Shown here: positions 13,600 to 25,259 of the stretch, piece after piece
Position numbering within the stretch: the stretch's first letter is position 1
Layout: every line of letters starts with the position of its first letter
Origin: Dicyema japonicum
Taxonomy: Eukaryota; Animalia; Dicyemida
Assembly (NCBI GenBank): GCA_011109175.1
Contig: RDEW01000026.1
Coordinates: forward strand, 637,695 to 701,694
Reading direction: 5' to 3'
DNA length: 64,000 nucleotides
Program-made: the position numbers and the translations under genes
Notes under the pieces: generated by a model
Told to the model about the DNA's origin: nothing
The model's input: the letters and a program-made list of their open reading frames with translations, nothing else
The model's database searches: none

Positions 13600-13850
13600 A
13601 CTTATCTCCGCAGGAGCGAAATGGGAGTGAACTCCGAAGGTGGGAACAAAATTAATCTAAACGATTTAATTACTTCTATGGATTTGAGTTTCAACTCAAT
13701 ATCTTCAACAAAAAAAATCACAACTTGTAGCCTTTCTCCTATAATATGTTCCTTCTTCGTCAAAAATAAAATTTATAGCTATTTTCGTTAAACGATCTCT
13801 TTCCTGTCTTAAGATGTTTAACTCTTCCTTAATTTCCTTTATTTTTTTTC
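13600..13850 (-). pseudogene. Possible integrase N-terminal (pre-H2C2) remnant
   Basis: Minus frames read RDRLTKIAINFIFDEEGTYYRRK...FVEDIELKLKSIE, resembling the region upstream of Gypsy/Ginger integrase zinc fingers; resemblance only. Confidence 0.35.
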
Positions 13851-13939
13851 AAGGTTTGTATTATTATTATTATTTGTTAAGCCGTTAGAAATCAATAATT
13901 TTTAATGAAAAATAAATCAATAAATTAATTAATTCTATC

Positions 13940-16900
13940 TTATAATGATTATTAATTACGACATTTGTTGTTGTGGTGTTGACATGTCCGTTTCTAATCC
14001 TATGGCCCTTCCTGCAAAATCAAATAAAGAAGATAGTATAGTAGAAGCAGGACCGTCGTCTGTGGGGCTGGATAATGTCACAAGAACTAATATCAACATC
14101 GTTGGGAATATTGGTGCCAAAACCAACTTGCATTCATTATCTGCCATTATTGAAGAGGTCACTTTGTCTCTGAAGCTGAGTGGGTATCTCAGATTTTTCT
14201 TGCCACGAAACATAGATTTGGAAGGATACCTAGAGGTGGCTTGAACCTCGTACTTAAAAAGTTCAATGAATAGTACTCCAAGAGTTCCACTCTATGTCAG
14301 CAAAAAAAGATGCTGAAAGCTGAAAATCGGAATAACAATGTAAAAGGAGGCGAATGTTTCAAAGTGCAAATGATACTAATGTGGAAATTTCCACCTTCAG
14401 AAATTGCCTTGACGAACTAAAAGTACAAATTGAGAAAATTAAGTCAATTCCGAGGGATACTCGAAAACCAACACTAAAAATTCAGAGAAAGTATGTCAGA
14501 GTTAATGTTTTGTCGGGACTAAATTCTGCAATATATTATATTACGAAAGATAATCCGCCTCAAGATATCAATCAAATTACTGATATTCTATATGCTGTAC
14601 AGTGTGCTTATATGGCTTTAACTGCGAACGTTAAACCGCAAAGTACGTGGTTGGAGAACATTGAAAAGAAAATCTCAAAGCTGATGGCAGAACTAGAACT
14701 TGTCAATCGCTTTTCCAGACAAGCTCTCCCTGTGTATGAAAAACAAAAGGTTATGGATGTTCTTTGTGCCTATGGATACAAAAGGGCCAAAAAGGGGAGG
14801 TTGCCAGGATTGAGGCTCTACTATGTGACCTTGTCAGAATTAAGAAAAGCAAATAGCTGTACATCATTCGAGGAAGGACTTTCGCAAGGACAACTGTTGT
14901 TTTGAATTAAATCGAAGAAGATTTTATCGGAACCTATCAGCAAGCAATGAAGTAACGTTATATGGTTTCGATGATGAGGATTGTATGTCGTTTTGGGAAA
15001 AAGTGTGGTCTAAAAGAAAAGAGATGAACGTGCCATATGACAGTGTGGGTAAAGTAAATACTGGTATTGAAGGCATGTTGCCAGAGTTCACAAATGAGTT
15101 TATCCTGGATGTTATTAAATGGCTCCCTGATTGGAAGGCGTGTGGATGCGATGGCTCATATAACTTCTTTATTAAGAAAATGGAATCTTTACATGGCTTT
15201 TTATGTACTGAGATTAACCGAATTATTAATGGGGAATATATGCCTGAAAGTTGGTTTTATACTGGAATAACCTATTTAATTCCTAAAAAGGATGATTGTG
15301 AGACTCCTAATGACTTACGTCCTATCACGTGTATGCCAACTTTATATAAACTTATTACCAAATGTGTTAATTCCAAACTCTCAGATTTTGTGGATTCGTT
15401 TGGGCTATTATCTGACAATCAGCTGGGAACGAGGAAACATTGTCAGGGCGCTAAGGAACAGGCCCTTATTAATCAATGCTTAAATAAGGAGTATGGAAAC
15501 GCCCTTTATTCTGCTTGGGTGGATGTGAAGAAGGCCTTTGATTCTGTTGACCATGAATTTTTATTTCATGTATTGGACTGCTCAGGAATACCCCGTTGGA
15601 TTGTTAACTTTGTAAAGACCATAGTCAAGAAGTGGACTGTAAATCTCCACTTAGATGGAAGAAGAATTGGTTCTGTAAAACTGGGACGTGGAATTCTGCA
15701 AGGAGATTCATTATCCCCTCAACTATTTGTTATGGTAATGGAACCCTTGAGCAGGACCCTTAACACTATGTTCCCAAGACTCCAAATTAATCAGGAGGAT
15801 CCTAATACACTGACTTATTCTACAAATCATTTGTTATTCATTGATGACCTAAAGATATTTGGGCTAAAAGAAGATACTGTTATTAAAATGATGAAAGTTG
15901 TTCGCGATTTCTTTTATGTTGCCGGCTTGGAGATGAATTCGGAAAAGTCACTTCTAATGTTAAATCGTTATCATGTTGTGAGACTCTGGAAGGAGTCAGT
16001 GGATATCGATATTTGGGTGTTTTTGAAGATGAGGGAAGTAATGTTCTTAAAAGCAAAGTTATGGAGTCCATACTTGAAAATGTTAAGAAGAGAATAACCA
16101 TGCTTTCAAAAACAAAGTTAAATTCTGTGAACTTATTTCGTGCAATAAATGAATACGCAATGTCCCTAACTATTATATAGGATTAATTAATATTGAACCT
16201 TACGAATTTGATGATATTGACCAACAAATACGGCAACTGCTTACGTCACTCAAGTTGCACCTCAAACCTGCAAATAAAGAGAGGCTGTATTTGGACAGGA
16301 AGACTTTTGGAAGAGGACTTTCCTCGATTTCATTAAAGAGCGAATTAATACTTTTCCAGTTCCTTAAAAGTTTGGAAAAACAGTCGACTGTGTGTTTGCG
16401 AAGGTCGGGGATTCTGCGAGTAATAAAAACAAAAAAATGGCACTTGGCTACAATCGCAGGATTTCTTGCCTCTAAATATGCAATTGCCGACAGGGAAAGC
16501 ATGGATATTAAGTCCCTCAAGGACACTCAGAAAAAATATTTATTAAATAAAATTTATTGCAGAACACTACACTCAATTATGTTCAAATGTATTGATGAAA
16601 CAAATGTCGACCTATATACTTCCTCAGAATGGTTATCCAAAGGAAATAACGGCCCACGGAGCGAAGCATTGTACTGTCTTTTGCAAGATAGGAATTTGTT
16701 TTTTGCACACACGGGGTCATTATGCAACCATTGTAAAAAAAGCAAGAAAACTGTTGATCATTTGGCCACTCAGTGTGGAAAAATGCTAAATAGTGATTAT
16801 CTCCGAAGACATAATGAAGTGGTAAAGTGCATCCATCTTCATCTTTGTCGAATTTATGGAATCAAAAGAAGCAGGAAATTGAAAGGACATTCGGTTCAGT

Positions 16901-17520
16901 CAATATTGACGAATCAAAATGTCGAAATTAGAGTTGACTCGTCGATTTTGACAGAAACAAAAGTCCAATACAATAAACCTGATATTTTCGTGTATGACAA
17001 AATAAAGAAGGAAGTAACGTTAATTGAAGTGGGGATTACCTCACAAGACCGACTAAAGCAAGTTGAAGTTGAGAAACTTCACAAATATGACTTGCTAGCA
17101 AATGAACTTTCGCTGCTCTATGAATGCCAAGTGAAGATTATTCCAGTGGTTTTGACATGGGATGGAGTTGTCTCAAGATGCTTCAAGAATCATATGGATA
17201 AATTATCTATTGAAGAATCAACGAGGACTTACATCCAATCGGTTGTACTGAAGAGAACGCTCGAAAGTATGCTCATTGAACATAAGCATGGGATGAAGGT
17301 ATACGATGAAGAGTACGCCTCTGCTACCTCCCAACTTGTGGAACTGGCATGCCGTGAAGACAGCCCACTGGACTCAAACGGAGATATTTTGACTGAATCT
17401 GATGTGGAGATGCGGAGTAACAGGGAGGTTATGGCCACACTCTTCTTCTTCTAAGAGAAGAAGAGGGATTACCAACAATCTGGATCAAAATACGCTTAAT
17501 TAATTAATTAGTTAATTTAT
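13940..17520 (+). mobile_element. R4/Dong-like RLE LINE, family B, near full length, frameshifted
   Basis: ORFs 14354..14905, 14985..16097 (GILQGDSLSPQLF, NHLLFIDDLK) and 16255..17454 (CNHC...TVDHLATQC, YLRRHN, NKPDI, LIEVG, KLHKY). Confidence 0.95.
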
Positions 17521-17652
17521 TCGTTATTAGAGTTATACAACGAACAGAACGTAAGAAAACTAACAATTTGACGAGACACAGCTGTAATACACAATTTGAA
17601 TTGACATAGCAAAAATCATCAATGTAACTAAGAGAAATAGTATCCATTAAGT

Positions 17653-17800
17653 CAGGGGTGTCGAACTCATTTCCCTTGAGGGCCGCATTGACAAGCTGAT
17701 AGTCGGCTCGATATACTGGTTGTAGAGATGCTCCAATGCCAAAGCCGCATTGACAAGCTGATAGTCGGCTCGATATACTGGTTGTAGAGATGCTCCAAGA
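17653..17800 (+). mobile_element. hAT-type left end followed by a 55-bp tandem duplication
   Basis: CAGGGGTGTCGAACTCATTTCCCTTGAGGGCCGCAT resembles common hAT/MITE termini; 55-mer at 17682-17736 is repeated at 17744-17798. Confidence 0.6.
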
Positions 17801-18049
17801 AGATAGCAAAATCATCAGAAAAAGTATTTAGTAACGTTTTTCTGTTTAATCGAAATTTTAATTAATATTAATGAAATTTATATTATCAAAAAATAAAATG
17901 ATGTAAATTACATTTTTTAATCTTGTGGATAATTTGACTAGTTTAAAACAATCTTTGTTTAGATATAAAACTTCAATTTTTCAAAAATTTAATGTTCAAT
18001 CATTAAAACGGAACGATTGCAGTTCCTCAGTAGAGTAGACCCTCAGTAG

Positions 18050-19200
18050 TTATGCTCGAAGGTCTTCCGACGTGGATTGAAACGAATGAGTTGGAAGAAT
18101 ACCTTGGAACGATATTGGGAGAAAAATTTTGGTTGAAAGATTTGAAAAGCAGGGCATCAGACTATCTGTTGTCAAACTTACAATATCGGACAGAAATGAG
18201 GCTGAATCCCTTGTAAGATTTGGACTGATAATTTGATATCTGAAGATAAAAGCTGAATGGTTCAATAAACCAGAGATCCAATGTTTTCGTTGTCAACAAT
18301 TTGGCCATATTGACGTTTTTGCAAATATGTTGAAAGATGCCTTGTTTGTTCTGGGCCACATAGAGGATCGCAGTGTCCGGTTACAAACAATAATAAGTCG
18401 TGTGTGAATTGTGGTTCATCCTGCCACTTTGCCAATTATGGAGGATGCCCCAAGGCTGTTAAAGCTAACATAGCGAAGAAAAACAAAATTGACCAAAAAG
18501 GAAAGAATCGAATGGAAAATTATTTCTAAAACGAGAAAATGCCCATAATGGAGAAAGTGCAGTTTCCAAAATTGGAACGAATAAGAAATTAAAGTCAGAG
18601 TTTAGAATGTTTGGGCAGACTGGCTGGAATACGACATATAATAAGAAACCTTCTAAAAAGAAACAGTAGAAGCTTCAACACAGACAAGCAGTCTTGATGA
18701 GAGTGACCAGGCAGAAGCACCTGTTAGAAAAGTGACTTTTGGAGTTGCTACGCAGACTGTCGAGACTCACTCAAACATCTTGTCTGAAAATGAAGAAGTA
18801 GTAGCTTCCAACTCGATTCTTGACAAGTTGGAGAAAAGCATTAAAGATATGACTAGAACAAAAAAGGATTCTAAATTTTTACTAGATTTGGTGGCGCTCT
18901 TAAGAAGAGAGGGCAGCCACCAAAAAAACCAGAAGTAGTCAGGATAACCCTGATTAAAACGGGCCTCAGTGCTGGTTGCTCTAGCCAGCACGATCCAGAT
19001 GGATGTTCTAATTATAAACGAAACTAAATTAAAGAGAAGACCATTTAAAATTGATGGATACGACTCATTAGATACTTTTTTGGAAGACTGGTTCTTGTGC
19101 TGGAAAATGAACTTGAATTTACTACAAAATTTCTTTAAATACAAGACTACCCACGATCAATGAAGAAAATCTTTGTGAACTATTATATGAAGATCATTAA
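18050..19200 (+). mobile_element. Jockey/I-like LINE fragment: ORF1 CCHC knuckles and start of APE
   Basis: QCFRCQQFGH, CLVCSGPH and CVNCGSSCH knuckles; MDVLIINETKL at about 19000. Confidence 0.75.
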
Positions 19201-19289
19201 GTTTATGAATATTTTTTTGTAGTGCTGTAATAGACGGTACATGATAATTTAATTTAAGGAATAGTTTTTTTATATATTTTTTTTACAAA

Positions 19290-19485
19290 ATAATTTTTTA
19301 ACAAATGTCAGTTGAGGAAGCCTGTTGCGTGGATAGAGAACGAGTTCCCTCGGAGTATGGCTATTTCAATTTTTTGTCTTAGCCATAACCCTTCTCGTTA
19401 ATCCCTTTTCTTTCTGGCAAGCAATCCTCCAAGTTCTCGCAAGAACTCAGCCGTCATTGGACTAACGGCTCCGATGATTCGGTTT
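19290..19485 (-). mobile_element. CRE 3' end with 3'UTR (same family as 25400-27722/30746-30840)
   Basis: Reverse complement aligns to 27560-27722 plus 30772-30810 and reads AILRGNSFSIHATGFLN*. Confidence 0.9.
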
Positions 19486-19499
19486 TTATATAACTATTC

Positions 19500-19720
19500 C
19501 TTATTTTTTGAAGTGGAATATCATCATTTAAAAATGCTTTAACCAAAAAGATATCCAGTTTTCTTCTCTTTCATCAGAAAGAAAAACTTAAGTGGTTTGA
19601 TGTCTTTGTCTAGTTCTGTTTGATGTCTTTGTCCATTAAGATGTTGATCGATGTAGTATTGTTTAGATGATTTTACTATCTTAGAGCATTTTTGGCTAAA
19701 TCTCCTTTAGGTGTTATTGC
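19500..19720 (-). pseudogene. CGGBP1-like hAT transposase N-terminal fragment
   Basis: CSKIVKSSKQYYIDQHLNGQRH zinc-finger-like segment and LVKAFLNDDIPLQKIRN. Confidence 0.6.
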
Positions 19721-19728
19721 GATATATA

Positions 19729-20070
19729 CAGTAAACTCTCTCAAATATGCCACTCTTAAATTTGCCAATTCTGAAATTTGCCAACAATTTTAAAAATTAT
19801 TTTTATTTTTTTAAATATTTTTAAAAATTTAAATAATTTAAAGCAAGCATGGGTCGGAATGTTCCTGTTGGAGGCGACAACAAATTTTTAATTGCTCAAA
19901 AAATGAAAATATTGCGGTATAAAGAAACCAATAAATCAGCTTCATGTCATACGATGTGCAACATATTTTCTTCTATTTAAAAAAGAGAATCTCAAACAGG
20001 ACAGTCAATGCAATATTAATGAATGCAGAATCTCTTTTTTTCAGTTAAAGAACAGAATTCCTAAACTAAC
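19729..20070 (+). mobile_element. Tigger-like left end and HTH remnant
   Basis: TA|CAGTAAACTCTCTCAAATATGCC; downstream QKMKILRYKETN...ISNRTVNAILMNAE resembles the psq-type HTH. Confidence 0.6.
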
Positions 20071-20099
20071 CATGGTCCCATAACGATACATTTGTGATT

Positions 20100-20410
20100 C
20101 GATGACTACGAGTCCAGCACTTTTGATGTCCTTTACCTCCTACACAAGGAGGTATAGCATGAGATTTTCTGTTTCTGGGCTAAAATTTATCAAATCAGAC
20201 CTTCGAGCTTCCATGAAGGAAGACCTGGTCGAAGCTATATTATTTCTAAAAAATAATAGTCAAACTTTCTTTTCTAAATGTTTTTTTTTCTGTTATTCTT
20301 ACAACGTCTGAATTTTTTATACAATAACAGAGTCAAAACGAAGTCTGAGTCGAATAAATAATATTTGAGGAGTCGGAGTCGTGCTATATTTTACCGACTC
20401 CACACCCTAA
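20100..20410 (+). mobile_element. hAT 3' fragment: dimerization domain and right end
   Basis: FSVSGLKFIKSDLRASMKEDLVEAILFLK; terminal GAGTCGGAGTCG...ACCGACTCCACACCCT. Confidence 0.75.
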
Positions 20411-20419
20411 TAATGAATA

Positions 20420-21470
20420 TCTATTCTTTTGATCTGGAATAGTAATCCCAATCCAGAAACCAAACAAGCAATTGACCCATTGGAAAACCTACGATTGATA
20501 ATCTTTTTCAATACTCTACGTAAAATTTTGGCATTGGTTACACTGATCGCGTCAAGGATCTAGTGAACGACTATCTCGCACCAAGTCATAGTGGATTCAG
20601 GGCAGGGAGATCAATAACTTTATAGTAAGGACCCACATGTGCTGTCTGTTAATCAAAGGTACCAAAACACAACTACAAACCTTGGCAGAGACTTATCGAG
20701 GGCCTACGACACAGTGCTTCGAGGTCTACTATTGAAGACAGTGGAAGGATTTCTGGACTCTGACTCTGTGAAAATGATAAGAGCTCTCCTATCAAACACG
20801 AGCTTGAGTTCGAATTGGCAAAACTGCGTAAAGAGAATTCCTATATAATGTGGGTATTCCTCAAGGGGAATCCTCTGTCCTTTTCTATTTATCATATACT
20901 TGGAAACGGCGCTACCTGATCGAAGATTTTATGAAAGTAACATAGAAGAATCCTTTTATGCTGATGAATTCAACTTCATATCGAGAGATAAATCATTCTT
21001 ATTCACCTATCGGAAGTAGATCCTAATAAACTCAAAAATGGTAACTAACCATAATCATTCCAGTTAAGGCTATAAAATACCTTTGTTAAACCGGTCCTGC
21101 TATATAATTAATCAGCGTGAGCAATGTTCAAGGTTGGAGAACAGAAGATAGACTTCTTTCATTGAATGTAGTTGAGGAGAATCGATTTAAATTGGCCAAG
21201 AAAAATAAGCAAGAAAGCTTTATATAATGTTTGTTGCTCCCTTGAGTCTCGAGATCACTGATTTGAGATGGAGGTTTTTCGACATATAATGAGAATGAAA
21301 ATAGATCCCACAACTAATATAGCGATGGAGGAGTATTTCGTTGAGACTTGATCATTTTCTGTGGGTGCCCGCGAATTACACTCCTAAGTATGCCAAAATG
21401 AAATGAGGAGAACATCTGGACGACTTGAGAGAGTTACGCATGACCGCGAAAGGTGGAATCGCTTAGTTTA
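20420..21470 (+). mobile_element. Degenerate RTE-clade LINE related to 27723-30745
   Basis: HSGFRAGRS, DLSRAYDTV, YADEFNFI and RWRF...HIMRM...NIAMEEYF motifs. Confidence 0.7.
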
Positions 21471-21845
21471 ATAGTTTATAACGCCTAAGAATGAAATTAT
21501 AACCATTATGGATTTAATAATGTCTTGACATCTCAAAGACTTTTGATAGGGTAAGCCACGATAACGTAATTCTCTATTTCGGAGAGGAAGCCCTGGAGAT
21601 CTTGTATAATGGATAAAGTAATACTCAAAAAGATTCCTAGAGTTTACCAAATGAAATACTGAGGGTTCTACTCTCAGCCAACTATTATTTAACTGATGGG
21701 TTTTTATGACGTTTTGATTATCTCCTTAAAGTTAAAAATAGTATTTCAAATCAAATTTGTGTATTTTAGTGCTAATAAAACAATATCTTTAATAAAATGT
21801 CGCCTAGGTAAACTAATTGGAAATTTTATATTTTAAATGTTACAA

Positions 21846-22725
21846 TCATGGCAATTCCTTAATTGAAAAATCATTTAAGCTAATTTCATCCTTTATAAGT
21901 TTCCTCTCTATATCTAGACATATTCAATTAACTGTACTTTTTAATAAAAATTCACAATATCTTAGTTTTTTCATGACTTCTTTAAGGATAAAGTTTGACC
22001 CCTTGTTTTTTTGGGTTTCCCTAATTTGAAATTCCTCATATTCGATCATTTTATTATTGCTGAAATCATAAATAATATTTTACAGAATTTTAAAGGTTAA
22101 AGACTGAGAGAGAGCAATCAATCGCTCCGTGAGCGTCCTCAATGAATCTGCTTGTAAACAACATGAAAAAGTATGATTTGACTATAATTAGAACGTATAA
22201 AACTGATATATGCGATCTTTTATCAGAATACATATTCTGGTCCTCAAATCCGAAAGATTCATTTACGATATTATCAACACTTTTAAAACTATCCCGTAAT
22301 CCACTTTTCCCACTTTTATAAACAATATTTTTTGATCTTCCATTATGTTTATCAATTTTATATTTTTGCCAAATTTCATTGATTTTTGTTTGATAATCTC
22401 TTTCTTTCACATTTAATGAATCTTTCATTTCATCAATTCTTTTCTGGTTTTGTCGATCAGTTGAAATTTTACTAAATTTTTAAATATTTAAAAACTCATC
22501 TGTTTTAGTTTGTACAATACTTTTGTTGTTCATTGCATTATTCAAATTATTAAGAACATTGGCTGTTTGGTCAAATAAATATTTAATTTCCTTTATGTCT
22601 GAATGGGGGGTATTTTTCAAATCATCTTTATATTTTTTATTCTCATTGGTGGAGAAAAAGTTTTTCAGTTTCTTGAATTTACAATCTGATTTATTAAAAA
22701 TTTTAATAATACTTATTGGTGACAT
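21846..22725 (-). CDS. Spliced host gene, 5 exons, 261-aa K/N/E-rich protein of unknown function
   Basis: Exons (minus) 22725-22496, 22471-22204, 22181-22084, 22059-21938, 21913-21846. GT-AG introns of 24, 22, 24 and 24 nt. Phases join into one 786-nt ORF MSPISIIK...KTDDKIS...SHISSNHTFSCCLQ...KILNNK...LKNIERK...KELP*. Confidence 0.8.
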
Positions 22726-23139
22726 TAAAGTTTATTAGTAATAACACGTGGTTACTATGGTGATAATAATTAAACTTTGGATAGTTGCCTTATATTAAAT
22801 TATTCCAAGACCAAGGGTAGACCAAGAGTAAAATCATTCCTATATCCTTATATTATTAATGTGGTGCTATGTGGTTATTCGTTTCAAAATTTTTTTTCCT
22901 TCCCTCTGATAACGTCACTGGATACACCTTACACAGTAGACGCCCAATGGTATTCAACTATTCTTTCTGTCGGGAGACAGTTTCGTTCTCTGGCGACGAG
23001 TTCTGGAACCAACCGCAGCTCCCCGGAAATTGTCCTCTAGATCACTGTTCTCGTGGAAGTTCTCCTGGAACGCGTCAGGATAAAGGGATTAGTTAGTTTT
23101 GTTTTACCCTTAGTCATTGGAATAATTTATTTTATTATT

Positions 23140-23450
23140 AGTCATATGTCACAATCATCTGTTTCCACTTGCCCACGTTATATAGCTCAGGCTCTGATCC
23201 AAAAATACAAGAGTACCGGAAAAAAATCAACGAGCTCCGCACAGAGAGAGGCAGAGTCCTAACAAAGATCAAACAAATAAAAAAATTCCTTTCTAGAAGT
23301 GAAGCAGAAAATCAAATTTCCGAAATAACGAAATATAAAGACGGACCAAGGACGTTTAACGCAATTCGCCAGCTTAACAGAAAAAGAAGTTCGGCCTCGA
23401 ACATTGTCCATGATAACCTCGGCCGTACTGTCATTAGTAGGGCGAACTAA
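23140..23450 (+). mobile_element. RTE-family fragment (APE-RT linker), homologous to 29400-29620
   Basis: LRTERGRVLTKIKQIKKFLSRSEAENQISEITKYKDGPR vs LRTQRGRVLTKIKQIQRFLAKNEAEEKISDILKYKNGPR. Confidence 0.85.
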
Positions 23451-23512
23451 GTTAAAAAAAGTTAAAATTTAATAATAGTAAATAAATAATCATTAAAATG
23501 ATTTTTTAACTA

Positions 23513-25259
23513 CAGTACGACCCCGCCTCAATAGAAAAGTGCCCCAAATATAGAGGGTATATAATTCTTACATTTAAAACTATTTTTAGATAATAAAATA
23601 TGTTGTTTCGATAAAAAAGATGATTTAATTTATTTATGAGAAATAATCAGTTATTTTGAACCCAGTATAATACTCATTTCTCAGAATCTTTGAAATTTTT
23701 ATTCTGAATTCATAGTATTCTTTGAGCCTTACAGGGCAAGTATTGAATAAAGAAGTTTCGAGATTATTCATTTTTCTTATTGAATCTTTTTAATATAACT
23801 AATCTCACCATTTTCATTGTACAAAGTCTCATTATCTTCAACTCCGATTATTTCAAGTTCCATTTACCCTGAAACATGCTTATCAATTAATTCAGATGCT
23901 TTTTTTTGAATTAATATCACGAACACATGTTCTCTGTTCGTTTATTTTCATCCAACAATTGACAATCGTTGTTGTTGTTACTCGATCACAGGCTTCTCCT
24001 ACAAATGCAATTATTTGCCTCATATTAATCTTCAATAGGGTCGAATAGTATTCATTTACATCGTCAAGACATATCATTTCATAAAGAACGTTGTTGTAAT
24101 ATGTCTTGAAAGAGTTTATGATTCGCACATCTAAAGGTTGAAGAAATGCTGCTGTATTTTTAGGAAATTTAAGAAATAATAAGTTTGAATATTCTTGATA
24201 TTTTTGGCACGGCGCATTATCCATAAAAATCAAAATTTTTCTGTTTTTTGACCATTTCAAAGTTTTTTTTTGTAACCATTTATCAAAATTATCAGTTGTC
24301 ATCCATCATATTTTGACGCTGTGTAAAAAACCTAAAAAAACCTAATAAAATATACCCCATAATGCTCAGTTTGTAGATTTTTAACCATCTTGGCGATTTA
24401 AATTTTCCGATAACAAGGGGCTTTAATTTCTCACCTTCAAGACTGCAGCATAAAAGAACTGAAACTCGTTCTTTGCTTTTCGTTTTACCAAAACAATCAT
24501 CATTTGAAGAGACAATTGATTTACATGAATTTTAACAAAAAGAGAGGTTTCGTCGCAGTTAAAAATATCTTTTTTCTCGTATTTATCAAATAAATTGTCG
24601 TAATCGTTAAAAAAAATCTTCGACTTTATTTCTGTCACATAAGTTCTTTTCACCCGAAATTACTTTGAACAATAATTCATGACACTTTTTTTAAATCGAT
24701 CCAACCATCCATTTGATGCTTTGAAATCATTGAAGTCAAGATTAGCTGCAATTTTTTTGCCATAGTTTTGAGAAATCTTGAAAATAAAATACCATCCGTT
24801 CTCAAATTTTTAAATACTTCGAATACTAATCGATCGATTCGAATATAAATATTTGATTCGAACTTCTTAGATGAGAGTTCATCAGAGCATATTTGTGTTT
24901 TTGAAACCCCTTTTCCAATTTCTTTTTTTAATTCGTGAGACAGTTCCTTTTCCAATATTGTATAAGTGACAAATTTTTATTTCTGACATATTTTCTTCAT
25001 TAAAGAATCGGAAATCTTCTGTTTCAGGTGGCGACTAAGCTTCGCAGGCATGCTTAAATAAAAATGAAATAATAAATTTTAATATTATCGATTGAAAAAG
25101 TGCTCCAATAAGCGGAGTTTAGTATTTTAAATTTAAGCTTCCTATTGGTCAAAAATGTAAAAAAATGTAAAAATCATTCAAAATAATATTTATTAAAAAA
25201 ATCGCCCCAAAACAGAGGGTGCTCCAAGGCCAGGGTTTTATTGGGGCGGGGTCGTACCG
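23513..25259 (-). mobile_element. Complete 1747-bp pogo/Tigger element with both TIRs and TA flanks; transposase degenerate
   Basis: TA|CAGTACGACCCCGCCTCAATAGAA ... TTTTATTGGGGCGGGGTCGTACCG|TA; minus frames give IFNCDETSLF, FMDNAPC and FLQPLDV. Confidence 0.9.

Noticed and set aside
13520-13680. Helitron 3' hairpin and CTRR terminus
   Set aside because: No convincing GC-rich hairpin followed by CTAG/CTRR was found, so the end is left undefined.
22090-22725. Two independent short genes (ORF track 22090..22428 and 22480..22725)
   Set aside because: They are in the same frame, separated by one TAA that lies inside a 24-nt GT-AG interval; the spliced five-exon model explains them and the downstream sequence better.
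22985-23015. Homeobox helix 3 (WFQN...RRQRTK on the minus strand)
   Set aside because: It needs an indel to join WFQN to RR, and no helix 1/2 residues lie upstream; probably chance.
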